Of a DNA stretch of 38,230 nucleotides, positions 23,080-36,269 are shown in pieces. The notes under the pieces were generated by a model. The model was not told where the DNA came from. It was given only the letters and a program-made list of their open reading frames with translations, and searched no databases. Origin of the DNA: Octopus bimaculoides (taxonomy: Eukaryota); NCBI RefSeq assembly GCF_001194135.2, contig NC_068995.1, positions 23,789,120 to 23,827,349 on the forward strand, in the 5' to 3' direction. Position numbers and translations under genes: made by a program. Every line of letters starts with the position of its first letter. Within the stretch, counting starts at the first letter, position 1.

Positions 23080-23950
23080 AATGTTTCTATTGGCTCACAC
23101 AAAAACAAGAACATTAAAAGAACAAGATAACAAAAATTGAGTGGTTTGGTTTGTGCAGGTAAACAAAATTGAAGAAAAGTTATCATAGGAACAATGAAAT
23201 TTTAAACAAGGAGATTTACCAAAAGTAGGTGGGTCCACCGGGGACTACTCGTGGGAAATCAGAAACCGCATGCTTAGAGCAGACCTATTCTGACAACTCA
23301 TGTACCTTTCAAGGAATTTGCTGGGAGACAGCATTACTCTCTCCATCCTCATTTTCCATTTCCTCCAAAAGCGTGTCTTCATCCCTTTCAGTCTACTCGA
23401 TTGAATGCCAACCAGGTTCATCAGTCTGCCTGCATATCTGACAAGCCCAGGTGATGGCACTTCCGTGCCTGTTGTGTTTATCTCGAACAGGAACTAATCC
23501 CCGCCTCAGCAGCACTAGCAGACGATAAACGTCTTAAAATTACTCATGGGATCTTCCAACAAAAGACCCAATCATTCTTGCGATGTGGTTGTTTGTGCGT
23601 CAGTTACCTCCAGAACTGTGCTAGTAGAGCGCATGCTCCGAGTATGGCCTTCCATGATGGACGGGGTCAAACTACGGAGGTCAAATGAATATTGAATACC
23701 CATTCCCAGGTGTAAAAATAGGTGTGAGTAGGGACAACACCACTATCTAGGAGATAGCAAAGATATAAAAGTTTCGAAGACCATTCAAAACCAACAAAAA
23801 TTGAGAGCGTCAGATCTTAAGATAGCCAAGATTTAAGAGGAGTGAAGGAAAGCTATCGGTGGCCTGTGATAGAAAGGGGATGAAGCCCCTAGGTAAGTAC
23901 GGTCTGAAGTCCTTCAGAAAACACCAGCCTATTGATTCTCGTTGGCACCC
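23080..23950 (-). mobile_element. Probable L1/Tx1-like retrotransposon 3' fragment
   Basis: Minus-strand EHALY knuckle remnant and RFWRKWKMRMERVMLSPSKFLER, resembling Tx1 C-termini. A T-rich 3' UTR abuts (ATT)n at 23070-23080. Confidence 0.45.
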
Positions 23951-24147
23951 ACAGTTTCAACGAGAGCGTTGATATTTCTCGTTACTCATTAATGCTCTGT
24001 AGAGTACCAATGTGCAATTCCTGGCAACCATTCGTGTCGCTTGACTTAACAAGAAGATAAAGGAATGACATTAAAAAATAGAATCTTCTGGAAACGAAAA
24101 CAATATAGACTTTCGGAGCCCTAACAACATGTTCAGCTACGGTAACC

Positions 24148-24201
24148 AACAACAACAACGACAACAACAACAACAGCAACAACAACAATATCAACAACAA
24201 C

Positions 24202-24267
<66 letters not shown>

Positions 24268-24268
24268 T
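24148..24268. repeat. (AAC)n(AAT)n microsatellite
   Basis: Directly visible. Confidence 0.95.
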
Positions 24269-25923
24269 ATTTCTTCTTTACTTGTCTGATTAGCTGTTGT
24301 TTCCGTGTATTAATGAGTTTGCGTGAGTATGCGTAGGCTAATATTAATAAAACAGTATTGAAAAGGGTATAATATAAAAGGAGAAACATTATATCGATTT
24401 TTAGACATTCCTGTGAAAGTATAAGTCGCACAGAATCTAAATTTATAATTGGTTAATTAAACGACATTCTTTCAATTGTTCTAGACTGTTATTTTACTTA
24501 AAATTTCTTGTTTACTCCAACACACAGCTTGGATCACATGCTTCGTTCGTGTGCTGTTATCGTTTTGTTTTTGTTATTGTTGTTCTAAAAAATAACAGCG
24601 ACAATATCAAAAATACTTCTGCTGTAAAAAGAGAGAAACGAAAATACAACTATTAACTTTGCAATGATTAGAAGCAAAAACATGATTTCTTTATTTCTAT
24701 TTCATTCTTTGCACTAGCTTCTAGCTGAGGTGACAAAGTATATAACACCTGGCTGTGGTTAGCTTACTTGGTTGTATATATATATATATATATATATATT
24801 TCAAGAAAATGCAGTTAACTGCTGCAAGCAGCTGGAGCAATATATCGTTAACATACATTTTTATTTTCTTGCAAGAGCTAAATACAATTGCTGAAATAAG
24901 AAAAACTGCAGTTCTTTTGGATTAAATTCAAAGAATTCATGGGACACATTTCACACTATTCGTTATAAGTCGAAGAAAAGTAACATTCTCAAAATATAAC
25001 TTGTTTGAAAGTGTTACGTATAAAGGTAAATATACATTGCAGCAACAGTAAATTGAAGTGGGTTAACCAAATCAATTTACCAGAAACTTATATCCATTTC
25101 CAATTGGCCGCGGACATGACTTTTTATAAGATAAGGAGTCACTCGACCGGCTGGAGCTCCTATAGTTATTAATTAACTGGAGTTTTAGAATAGGAAGGTT
25201 GAGCTACAAATCTTCCCCTAGCGGAGACACCAGAGGTAATTTTTCAATTCGCCACTTAGTATATTGATTTCATGAATTAGATTGGGTTAGTTTACCTAAC
25301 CGAGGCACTGAACACGAACCATAAGCTTATAATCAACGAATTTATCATGTTATATATTCTACGTGAGTATGTTTATTTATCATCGAATTCCCCCAAAATA
25401 GTAGTACCATGAAATTTGTTTTCCTCATTATCATTCCTCATTATCCTCATTATCAGCAGATAATTATTTCCACGTGGAAGTAATTTACGGAGTAAAGTAT
25501 TATTTTATAACCTATATGTGTGTGTGTGTGTGTGTGTGTATGTGTTTGTGCGTGTGTGTGTGTTTGAGTGTGTATGATGAGGATGATGATGGATATCTAC
25601 TCGCTAAACAAGTAGGACCATCGCTGATACTAGTGTCATCAATACTACTACAAGGGTTTTAAGTCGAGTACGTCATGCGCAACAACACATCAACGTTCAA
25701 TAGAAATACCAAGAACCCAGAAATAAGTAAAGTGCAAGTTATCCGGCTCTGTAGAGCAGCGAGTTTAACATACGAGTTAGCCTTATCCCAGAGGGATACC
25801 TTAAGAAAGACCGGGAGTCTCTTATTCCAACTGGGCTCAGTGCACCTTGGGACCCCAAGACATGTTTCTGCGTATGTATGCATATATAAATAGATGTGTG
25901 TGTGTGTGTGTGTGCGTGTGTGT

Positions 25924-25975
<52 letters not shown>

Positions 25976-26533
25976 GTGTGTGTGTGTGTTGGAAGGTTAG
26001 AAATGCAGATGTTGGCACACTAATGTGCCGGTTTCAACATTNNNNNNNNNNTGCGTGTGTGTGTGTGTGTGTTGGAAGGTTAGAAATGCAGATGTTGGCA
26101 CACTAATGTGCCGGTTTCAACATTCGATCTTCAGAAGACAAATGGATAAAAGGCTCAAACTTGCCACATTCAGCTCTATTTTCCCACCTATCATTTTCTT
26201 ATCTTCATGAACATTGGGCAATAACTGAATGGGTACGATCATGAATATAACAGACCAAAGTGGGAATCTTTCGAAGGAGCTCATGAGTAATTTATTCAAC
26301 AGAGTGCTTACTTTTAAGGCTAGAGAGTTCCCCCAGGTCGAGGCACAACGTTTTGAGATGTCACGGCACCGCTATTAAGTTCATGTGATTAGAATGATGT
26401 AGGAAAGGATCGCAAGGTGGATTCTTTAAACGAAGCTAGCTTACAGAAGACCTAGACGTAGACCAAAAACGAGATGGTTGGATAACATCTATAGTTTCAA
26501 ATGGTCACCTTGTGAATCTAACAGGATTCCAGT

Positions 26534-26595
26534 TGTTAATTATATCTTGATCGCAGTTAAAATGCGGTTTCTCGGCGATCAAGATATAATTAACA
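26534..26595. repeat. Perfect 21-bp inverted repeat with 20-nt loop
   Basis: TGTTAATTATATCTTGATCGC (26534-26554) / GCGATCAAGATATAATTAACA (26575-26595). Confidence 0.9.
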
Positions 26596-27347
26596 GCAGG
26601 AAACATTATAATCACTACACACACACACACACACACACACATACACACATGTACGCACACACAAACACACACATACAAACAAACGCTCACCTACACACAC
26701 AGGTGTGTATGTAAGTGTATGTGTATATTGTCTTGGATCAGAATAAGCAACTATATATATATGTCTGCCTATCTATCTACACATCTATGTATACACTCTA
26801 TCTACCTATCTATATATACTATAGCAAAAATATATTTTACATAGTGCAAGGTGAATACTTTTTACTTTAATAGGATTCACTATTGCTTTAATTTGCGCTT
26901 ACATTATTATTGTGGTTACTAATAAACAGGAAAGGACAAGGTTGGGCTGTACGCACCTTCAGAAATACCATTACAAGGTGGTAATATAAAAAGTTGAGGG
27001 CTAGAAAAGATTGAAATTTCTGAAGCAGGATTATTGCATAACGGTCAATCGTTTTTCATCCAACAGATTCCTGCAATTTTGAATAATAACAATGACCTAA
27101 TTAATCTGCTTTAAATTTTTATCAAATGATTTTCTGATTAAACATTATAACAATGCATATAAATGATTATGAACATAGTAATTTTCGAAGTTGTAACGAC
27201 TGTCTGGTGATTGGTTTTGTGAAACTCTAAGCGCTAGTGAAATCTTTATTGCTTCAAATGAAGTACCATTTTGCTCTACTTTCGGTATTCGATCCCTAAC
27301 TTAACCACCGTGTATTGCACCTTTGTACCCGTATAGATCTATCCGGT

Positions 27348-27380
<33 letters not shown>

Positions 27381-27473
27381 GTATATATATTAATATATAT
27401 ATATATATATATATATACTTTATGCAATGAATCTATTACTGTCACAGACAGCTGCGTAACCAGTTGTCAATCA

Positions 27474-27666
27474 AAGCATTCCGAGGGAAATTTGGCGAAG
27501 CACCCACTACACTCTTTGAGTGGTTGGCGTTAGGAAGGGCATCCAGCTGTAGAAACTCTGCCAAATCAGATTGGAGGCTGGTGTTGCCATCCGGTTTCAC
27601 CAGTACTCAGTCAAATCGTCCAACCCATGCTAGCATGGAAAGCGGACGTTAAACGATGATGATGAT
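27474..27666 (+). mobile_element. RTE-type LINE/SINE 3' end with (GAT)n tail
   Basis: GTGGTTGGCGTTAGGAAGGGCATCCAGCTGTAGAAAC...CCAACCCATGCTAGCATGGAAAGCGGACGTTAAACGATGATGATGAT; flanked by a 56-bp direct duplication. Confidence 0.7.
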
Positions 27667-30600
27667 ATATATATATATATATAACAACAACAANNNNNNN
27701 NNNNNNNNNNNNNNNNNNNNNNNNNNNNNNNNNNNNNNNNNNNNNNNNNNNNNNNNNNNNNNNNNNNNNNNNNNNNNNNNNNNNNNNNNNNNNNNNNNNN
27801 NNNNNNNNNNNNNNNNNNNNNNNNNNNNNNNNNNNNNNNNNNNNNNNNNNNNNNNNNNNNNNNNNNNNNNNNNNNNNNNNNNNNNNNNNNNNNNNNNNNN
27901 NNNNNNNNNNNNNNNNNNNNNNNNNNNNNNNNNNNNNNNNNNNNNNNNNNNNNNNNNNNNNNNNNNNNNNNNNNNNNNNNNNNNNNNNNNNNNNNNNNNN
28001 NNNNNNNNNNNNNNNNNNNNNNNNNNNNNNNNTATATACATATATATATATATACTGTATGCAATAAATCTATTACTGTCACAGACAGCTGCGTAACCAA
28101 TTGTCAATCATCTCAACGCTTCATTTTAAAAAGATTGCTATTAATTCACTGGTATTTGAAACCGAATTTCACGGATTCATGTAATTATTGTTTTCTTTTT
28201 ACATTACACATTAGTAAACTGCCGGTCTACATTTAGCAAGGTTTCTACCGCTCGTAAGGTACCATGAAAAGAAACGATGTAAATGAAGGAGTAAAAAAAA
28301 CATTTAATATATACACATCCACAGACGCCATGGAAGAATCTGAGGCACCACATTACATTAAACCACTCTGTTGGATACACTACACAAACACCAACACAAT
28401 ATCTCAAGGCTATAAAACTTCAACATTTTATTTATCTATATCCCATAAAACTGGTTGTAACAAGTGAGATAGCGTGAGCCAGCAAGCAAAAACAGCGATA
28501 TTAAATATTATTCGTGTAATATATCATACACCATTAGTTAATTGGAATATCACCACGAACACTCTATATCTTGTTATATCTACGTTTTTGGTGCGCATGT
28601 CTCCTCACTTGACCAGTGAGAGTTGTCTGGAAACATTTTAATAGGTGTATTGATATACAGCAAATTGAGATGCAAAACATCTGCTGTCAACACACGGAAA
28701 CAGATACAGTACAACTGTGAATGTTGGTGCGAGACTGCTGTGTAATTGCATTAAGAACATTAATACACGGAGAAGCTACAGTTCTACATTCTATTTAATA
28801 CGAGCAGGTAAAGTATATTATTTCTGTTGTTAGGGAACACCGTACTCACATTCTTACTTTCAATTCCGTTAGCAGTATACGCTATTTATTTATGTTATAA
28901 TTTTTTTTGTCCCATCGGAGTTAATATTTTATACACAAGTAACATACTTACAGGAAGTTTAATCGAGTATAACCTATCATAACAAAAAAAAATTCAATAA
29001 TTGTATTCTTCACCAGCCATAACAAAATATTGCAGTTCGAATAATTTAAACCATTCAGTTGATAATTAGTTTATTAGTACTATATAGTAAAACCCGAAAC
29101 TTTAATTGTACACTAATTCATTATTTCTTGTTAGAAATTGCAAGTTGTACATAAAAATACAACCAAAAAACGTTAGTCATGTTCAAGTTTGTACAAATGC
29201 AGGAGAAATGAATGGAGATGTTGTGAGATTCATATCTTCGATGATGACATTAATTATGTAGAATCCGAATAACAACCAACAACAATCAGCAAAACTACTT
29301 TTACTAAATACTTCAGAGTATTAAACACAATGCCTACTTTTAAAGTTACTATCCATGTCACCTGCTGAAAATGAACCATCACTGATATTAACAACATCGA
29401 ATGAGTGGTTACCAGTATGAACATCAACAAAACGGTTGTCACTTGTACTACAGTAATACATCGAGTGTTACTACTAATTACATCTCCAACACAATGGTCA
29501 CTTTCAATAGAAAATTAGTCGGCATTACAATAGTTACAAGTACTACTACTTGAAGTGATCACCACAGATATAACCAGCATTATCGCAACAGAAAAAATGG
29601 TAATATTATGTAGGACCACTTGCACAGACATAGCTACCGTTATGAAAATAAACTGTGTCCACGTTTATTGTAACTAAGACAAACACAACAGACTAACCAC
29701 AAATCCAGACTTAAAGTCTAAACAACAAAAAGTCTTAAGCATCATCTGTAACAATCGATACATGTACCACTTTCAATGTCCTGAATATTACCTAATACAT
29801 GCAGATTTGTTAGTACAAAAGACCTAAATGTTATTTATCATCTTACATAGCAGACCGCATCATAGCCGTTTCACTTCATAAAGAGAACAAGCTAATTTTC
29901 TACAACAGACACTATTATTTCCACTTCAACCAAATCATGCAAGCTGTACAAACTATTAAAAATATCTGCCACAACATTTGAACGACAACAACAACAACTC
30001 CTTAACAGAAGAACCATTACAAGGATCTGTCATGAATATTATTATTGCCTTGAAGTCACTAACACGTTAATTACAACATCGAAATATGCTAGCCAAAAAA
30101 GGATCAGTTATGTCTAATCCACGAATCCACTTTCTTCGAGAGTAGCTTGCATAGAAAAGTATTATCTTTGTAGATAAATATAATTTTCCAGTTATTCCTG
30201 CTGCTTCTGCGGTTGCTGCAGCAGATGCTGCTGATAGCTGCGGCTGTAATGGCGGGTTTAATCGCTACATCTACTTCTGCTAGTTAAGTTATATTATTGC
30301 TTTTTCAGATACAGCTGCCAATATTTCTAAACAAAATTACTGAAACAGTTAAATCTACGATCATCTAGTTTTAGCTGGAAAGACAAGCAATATTACCATT
30401 ACTACCTAGTGCTGCTACTGGTCTTGTAAAGTTTGTACTTAAATTAGTGCAATCGAGCAGCCATTTGTAAATACCATTCTAAAGAATATATAGTACATAT
30501 ATGCATCACAGTACCACGTTATCTTGTGACTTCGTTACCTTTCCAATTTGTAATTATTCTTTGACACTTACTTCTATGACTACTGTCCATTGCATTTTGT

Positions 30601-30924
30601 CTAATTAGTAACAATGTCAAAACAAGTATACACTGTAGACTAATGCAAACGCTGTTGCTATATATAATGGTGGTTTCTACAATTACCTTCAATAAATGTG
30701 TCCAAGCATCGATCATGAACTTACTATTCTTCACAGACTAATTTATGAGAAAATTGTAGTTGATTAAGTGAAGACGGTTTTGGTTTTATCAGGTTGATGT
30801 CTCCTGTCAACGATCATGAATGGCAAATTAAGAAAAACACCAATCTTTCAATTATCATTTTCATCAAGCCGTGTGTAAGATCTGACATAGCCCTGTGATA
30901 AGGGAGTTCGCTTTGTAAGCATGT

Positions 30925-31210
30925 AGTTTTAAATTTTATTGCACTTCGAGGGACCTTGACCACGTCAACCAATGCCTTGTGAGCAGAAATTGTGAAAAGG
31001 CCCAACGTATGAATGTTTGTGCGTCTGTGTTTGACACAATACCATCCATTGCAATTCTGATCTTACTTTGAGAAGTTTATTTAATCGATCATTAAAACAT
31101 AGTACGAAACTGAAATAAATCCTGGGAGCGATGTGACCGATTAAAACCCATTGAAGCAGTCCCTAGCATGGCTATAATCTTAAGATTAAAACTGGTAAAA
31201 CATAAATAAG
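30925..31210 (+). mobile_element. Old, highly decayed copy of the OK-like SINE
   Basis: Remnants ACCAATGCCTTGTGAG and CTAGCATGGCTATAATC...AAAACTGGTAAAACATAAA align loosely to the SINE body and 3' end. Confidence 0.45.
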
Positions 31211-32674
31211 GTAGCGTGGATAGATATTACTTATTGTTGGACATAGCGGGAAGACAGATTCATTTATTGTTAGATTATATTGTTTAGAAATCTTATGCGT
31301 CGATGGAACAAGCCTGAAAGAGATGTCACCATTCAGACAAGGAAAAACATAATTCAGCCTGACACTGACATGAAAGGATCCCCTATATCTTATATACTGA
31401 CTTGTATGAGCTACGAGTTCAAGAAATATTTACTGGGAAAATTCTGGATAAGTAGGTTCACTATTTATTTTTCCCTTTATTTCAGTGCCACCTGCCTACA
31501 TCAATAATCAAAATAAATAACATCTTGGTTTCATGTATAATGTATACATATACTAAGAGTATTAAGAAAAGGACATTCGTAATTGGCTTCTCTTTTCCAG
31601 TGTTTGCTAATACATATATATTTACATTATAAAATATGCAATTGCTAATCATATATTAGAGGTACTCATCAACAAGCCAACTTTTAAGTTTCTATAAGCT
31701 AAGCGATAGTCATAACAAGTGATGAGTTACATAATGCATGCACTCTTTGATTCGTCTTAAATGACGTACGATAATTACTACTACGCCAAAATATACATCT
31801 ATTCCGGTGCTCAAGCCGACCTAAAATAACAAAAAATTCATATAAATGTCTCTAGCTCTTTCACGAAAACGATCACACCTCCATATCACTAACAGAATGA
31901 TTTTATCATTAATTCTTCTTCAGAATGGAACATTTAAACATTTAAACCAGACATTTTATGTTAGAGTAATACAAATGCAAAAACTCAAATTCTAGTTTCT
32001 TTACATGCAAGTTGTATCTCAATGCTTATTCTTCTCCTTCCAGGGCAAAGAAGGGTTTGTGTAAACCAAATAGTTCCTAAACCTTTTGGTTTAGTTTAAT
32101 GAAACAAAATCTTTGAATGATTTTTCAAACTGAAATATTTTTACATGTGTATTGGGCATTATTTACCTAATGGAAATGGTTTCAAGTGAAATTTAAAGAA
32201 CTGAAATTGAAATTTAAAATACGCTCCTCATTTCAGGTTAGGTGGGCCTTCCCTATACAAAGATCACCCTTACTTTATCAGTAGGTCTATTAAATTAAAC
32301 ACTATTATATATTGATCAGGAAGTTCATTAAATTAAACCCTATTATATTGCTGTTTCAAGAATGTGAAGAAATGAATGGTAAATTCGACTCAAAATTTGA
32401 TCTCATAATGTGAAGGCATTTACTTCATAGAGCAAACTATTTTAGCTTGCAACCATTTCTGCCACTCCAAAACTCTGTAAACTAAGTATTTCTGTCAGTA
32501 ATGATAACTTGTTTGATGTCTTACAAATGTCTTTTTCTATTATTATCAACTGAAGAGAAATTTTAAATGGGTTTGAAAAAAATAACTTAATATCCAATAA
32601 TCGCTTGAAAGACACAGTATTCTATAAATAGTTGACAATCGTGCATATATATACATACATGTATATATGTATAT

Positions 32675-33284
32675 NNNNNNNNNNNNNNNNNNNNNNNNNN
32701 NNNNNNNNNNNNNNNNNNNNNNNNNNNNNNNNNNNNNNNNNNNNNNNNNNNNNNNNNNNNNNNNNNNNNNNNNNNNNNNNNNNNNNNNNNNNNNNNNNNN
32801 NNNNNNNNNNNNNNNNNNNNNNNNNNNNNNNNNNNNNNNNNNNNNNNNNNNNNNNNNNNNNNNNNNNNNNNNNNNNNNNNNNNNNNNNNNNNNNNNNNNN
32901 NNNNNNNNNNNNNNNNNNNNNNNNNNNNNNNNNNNNNNNNNNNNNNNNNNNNNNNNNNNNNNNNNNNNNNNNNNNNNNNNNNNNNNNNNNNNNNNNNNNN
33001 NNNNNNNNNNNNNNNNNNNNNNNNNNNNNNNNNNNNNNNNNNNNNNNNNNNNNNNNNNNNNNNNNNNNNNNNNNNNNNNNNNNNNNNNNNNNNNNNNNNN
33101 NNNNNNNNNNNNNNNNNNNNNNNNNNNNNNNNNNNNNNNNNNNNNNNNNNNNNNNNNNNNNNNNNNNNNNNNNNNNNNNNNNNNNNNNNNNNNNNNNNNN
33201 NNNNNNNNNNNNNNNNNNNNNNNNNNNNNNNNNNNNNNNNNNNNNNNNNNNNNNNNNNNNNNNNNNNNNNNNNNNNNNNNNNNA
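32675..33284. other. Largest assembly gap (about 610 N); other gaps at about 2721, 5315, 12228, 12825, 13316, 14454, 26042 and 27694
   Basis: N runs, nearly all flanked by microsatellites. Confidence 0.95.
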
Positions 33285-35459
33285 TATATATTCATTATTA
33301 ACCTATCAAGCTTGAAAGAGTTTAATTTTAGGTTTTCTGGAACAATATTATTTCCTTTCTTCAATAAGGTACATTCTGAAAAGGAATAATAATTGCATTG
33401 GTTTGTGGATTCCGACCAATTTATGTGAATTCCGGTATTTTTTTTATTTTTTAATCTTAATCCACCCTTATTCAGTAGGTTTTTGCACCAACTTATACGT
33501 GGAATGATTTCCAAACGAAATAGCCAAATTCAACAGTAGTTGACAGGTAGTTTATCTTCAAAGTTTGCAAATGAAATTCTACCGGGCATCAACATGTTTT
33601 CTGACATGTACTGCAATTCCGTGATACGGTGAATGTGATATTGTATCTATTTCCCTCCCTCGTGTCTCTAATATCTGCCGACTACATTAAATTCCCATAA
33701 TCATATGTCATTCTTCATATATGTTAATGGTCTATTATTTTACTTCGAAATACAGAAGATGATGATAAAAACACTGAGCTGCCAAACTAAGTGCACTATT
33801 AAGTCTTTCTATTTCGAGATCAAATCGTAGAGGAATTGATTTTTTTTCTTTTATTTAGTCAGTACCAGTAATAAACTGGGGTTGATGCCGTCTGCATAGT
33901 AACTTCTCAACTAGATTCTTTTATCTTCTTCACCGCTCAAAGTATTATCTGTATTCACGTTTTTCCCAAATTCGTCTCTATGCTTGCATTCTCCTCACCC
34001 CTCACCTCTCTGAACTGGACGTTTTAAGCGATATTAAACTAGATTAATGACCTTCCAATTATTTGTCGTTACGGCGCTCCACTTATCTTCTCCGGCCAGC
34101 AGTTAGATTATTTTTTTCTTTCTCTGTAGACCTCTCCTTCTCAAATTTTACGGCTTCATTTCCACTGCTAATAAATAATACTTCCCGTCTTTATTTCTAA
34201 TGCGTAGCTGCTATGTGTACAAACACATGACTGTATCTATCATTAGAACCTAGTAAATCCTAAAACATTCCTACATATATTATAGACTAATTAATTCTGT
34301 AATCATGCCCAAAGTTCTATTGTATCGGCTTCTAACCTAACCAAATTCTTATTCGTATCTATCTCTCTGCAGATAGCTAAAACATCTAAAAGCAAAAAAA
34401 AGACGTTTTATAATGGAGTCTCGTCCTAAAAGAAATGGTTTCTTTGGGCAAAAGCTCACACTGAATGAGCTGAAATGTAATAAAAATAATTACCACTTCA
34501 TTGTGTATTTTTCCCTGTAAAGTGACTAGTTCAGGTCAGAAAAGGATTGGAAATATGTTACGCAACATTAATATCTCGTACAATACAACTATATACAAAG
34601 CAATCGAGCATTCTTGATTTCAGAAAATCCCTGGACTGTATCTATCACAAGAACCTAACGAATTCTAAAACATTCTCACAGATAGTTCCTAATCTATCTC
34701 CAAATATACACTTTTGCGACCAGAAACCTTGCACACTGCACGCCTGTGTGTGTTTATGTTTGTGTATGCGTGTATGCATGTGTGTATATATGCTATTGTT
34801 TTATTTCTAGAATTCTTTCCAAAGCAGAGCCTCTAACCTAGATCCAAGGTTTCTTCAGTAAGATTTCAACATCAACAAGGTAGTTGTGTATATGTGTATA
34901 TTTGCAATTATTTGGAGTCAGCACAAGTGTAGATCTGTAAGGTGTGGATTATGTGTATATACTCAATGCATATGTCATATACTAAAATTGTAGGAAGTAT
35001 TATATAGTTTTACAGTTCCATTGTGGGCTTGCATCTGTAGTCTTCGGATTAACTTTCTCCTTCTTGGATTTATAACCTTAATTTCTCAAGATTGATTCTG
35101 AGGCAATTTACTACATATCCTAGTGTCCCGTTAATTTCGGGTACTAATCTGAACTTATAATATGAGTGGAATAGCTGAAAACTCCTCAATAGTTCAGAGT
35201 AAGTGTTGTTTTTTTTTCTCCTTCGCTGATCTTTAGCGTTTTACTGACATCATCTGGGCCACTGATCTTCACAGCTGAACATAGTTCTAAATATCTATGT
35301 AAGTATGTACGTATTTGTGTATGTATTACGTAAGTTGGTAGGTATGTAAGAATGCATGAACGCGTGTTTGTTTCCTTGTATGTATGTATGTATGTATGTA
35401 TGAATGTATGTATGTATTATGTATGTATGTATGTATGTATGTTTGCATTTTTTTAAGCG

Positions 35460-35985
35460 TTCACTCGTTACAAGGTCCTTAGACTAATGAAAACATAAGA
35501 GCTACTAGAATAAAATGGACGCTGGACAGAAGTCAAATGGTGACGATGCACATTAGACTTAAAACTTTGGCGGTCATATTGAAGAGTAAAACAAGACCGC
35601 GGAAGGGAATTCCAAAGTCCAGAGGTGCGAGGGAAGAAACTGGTACTGTAAAGTGCTTTACGACACTTAGGAAGTTTCACAGTATAATGATGAGAACTGG
35701 ATGCAAATCTAGTCGATCGCTGATAAGTTCTTAAAGGAGGAACCAAAGAAGAGAGCTCAGCTGAACAATGTCCATGAAAATACTTATAGAAAAGAGACAT
35801 GGAAGATATACGACGACGATGAGAGAGTGAATCCAATTTAGAAGATAGATCAGGACCAATAGCATAACGAATACGACGTTGAGTGCGGTCCAACAGAGTT
35901 AAACAATCTGCAGGAGTATCAGCTCATATGTGACAAGAGTACTCAATGCAAGGGTGAATGGTGGACTTATAAAGATAAAGAACAG
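35460..35985 (-). mobile_element. CR1-like LINE 3' end (post-RT region)
   Basis: YKSTIHPCIEYSCHI*...LDRTQRR...SLSHRRRISSMSLFYKYFHG...SFFPRTSGLWNSLP...QSFKSNV; followed by a (TACA)n tract. Confidence 0.85.
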
Positions 35986-36226
35986 TCTCAAGAGTGAGTT
36001 AACTCCTCGAACGAAGAAGTGATCCTACCTTCATTGCAGCCGGTTTGACAATATATGCTTGCATGCTTGTACGTATCTTTTATCGTATAAATTAACTGTC
36101 TTTTACAATGTTTTAATTCCCCCAAATTTAGTGTCTTGTGAAATTTATACATGCATACACACATACACACAAAGATACACACGAAGATACATGAAGATAC
36201 ACAAAGATACAGAGATACAAAGAGAA

Positions 36227-36269
<43 letters not shown>

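Noticed and set aside
25969-26124. Exact tandem duplication of about 70 bp around a 10-N gap (likewise 13291-13350)
   Set aside because: Typical unmerged contig overlap, so an assembly artefact.
29200-30100. A/C-skewed kilobase that might be an old coding remnant
   Set aside because: No sustained ORF or recognisable motif in any frame.
32546-33514. Long ORFs spanning N runs (also 2483-3340 and 27630-28107)
   Set aside because: They are open only because N codons contain no stops.
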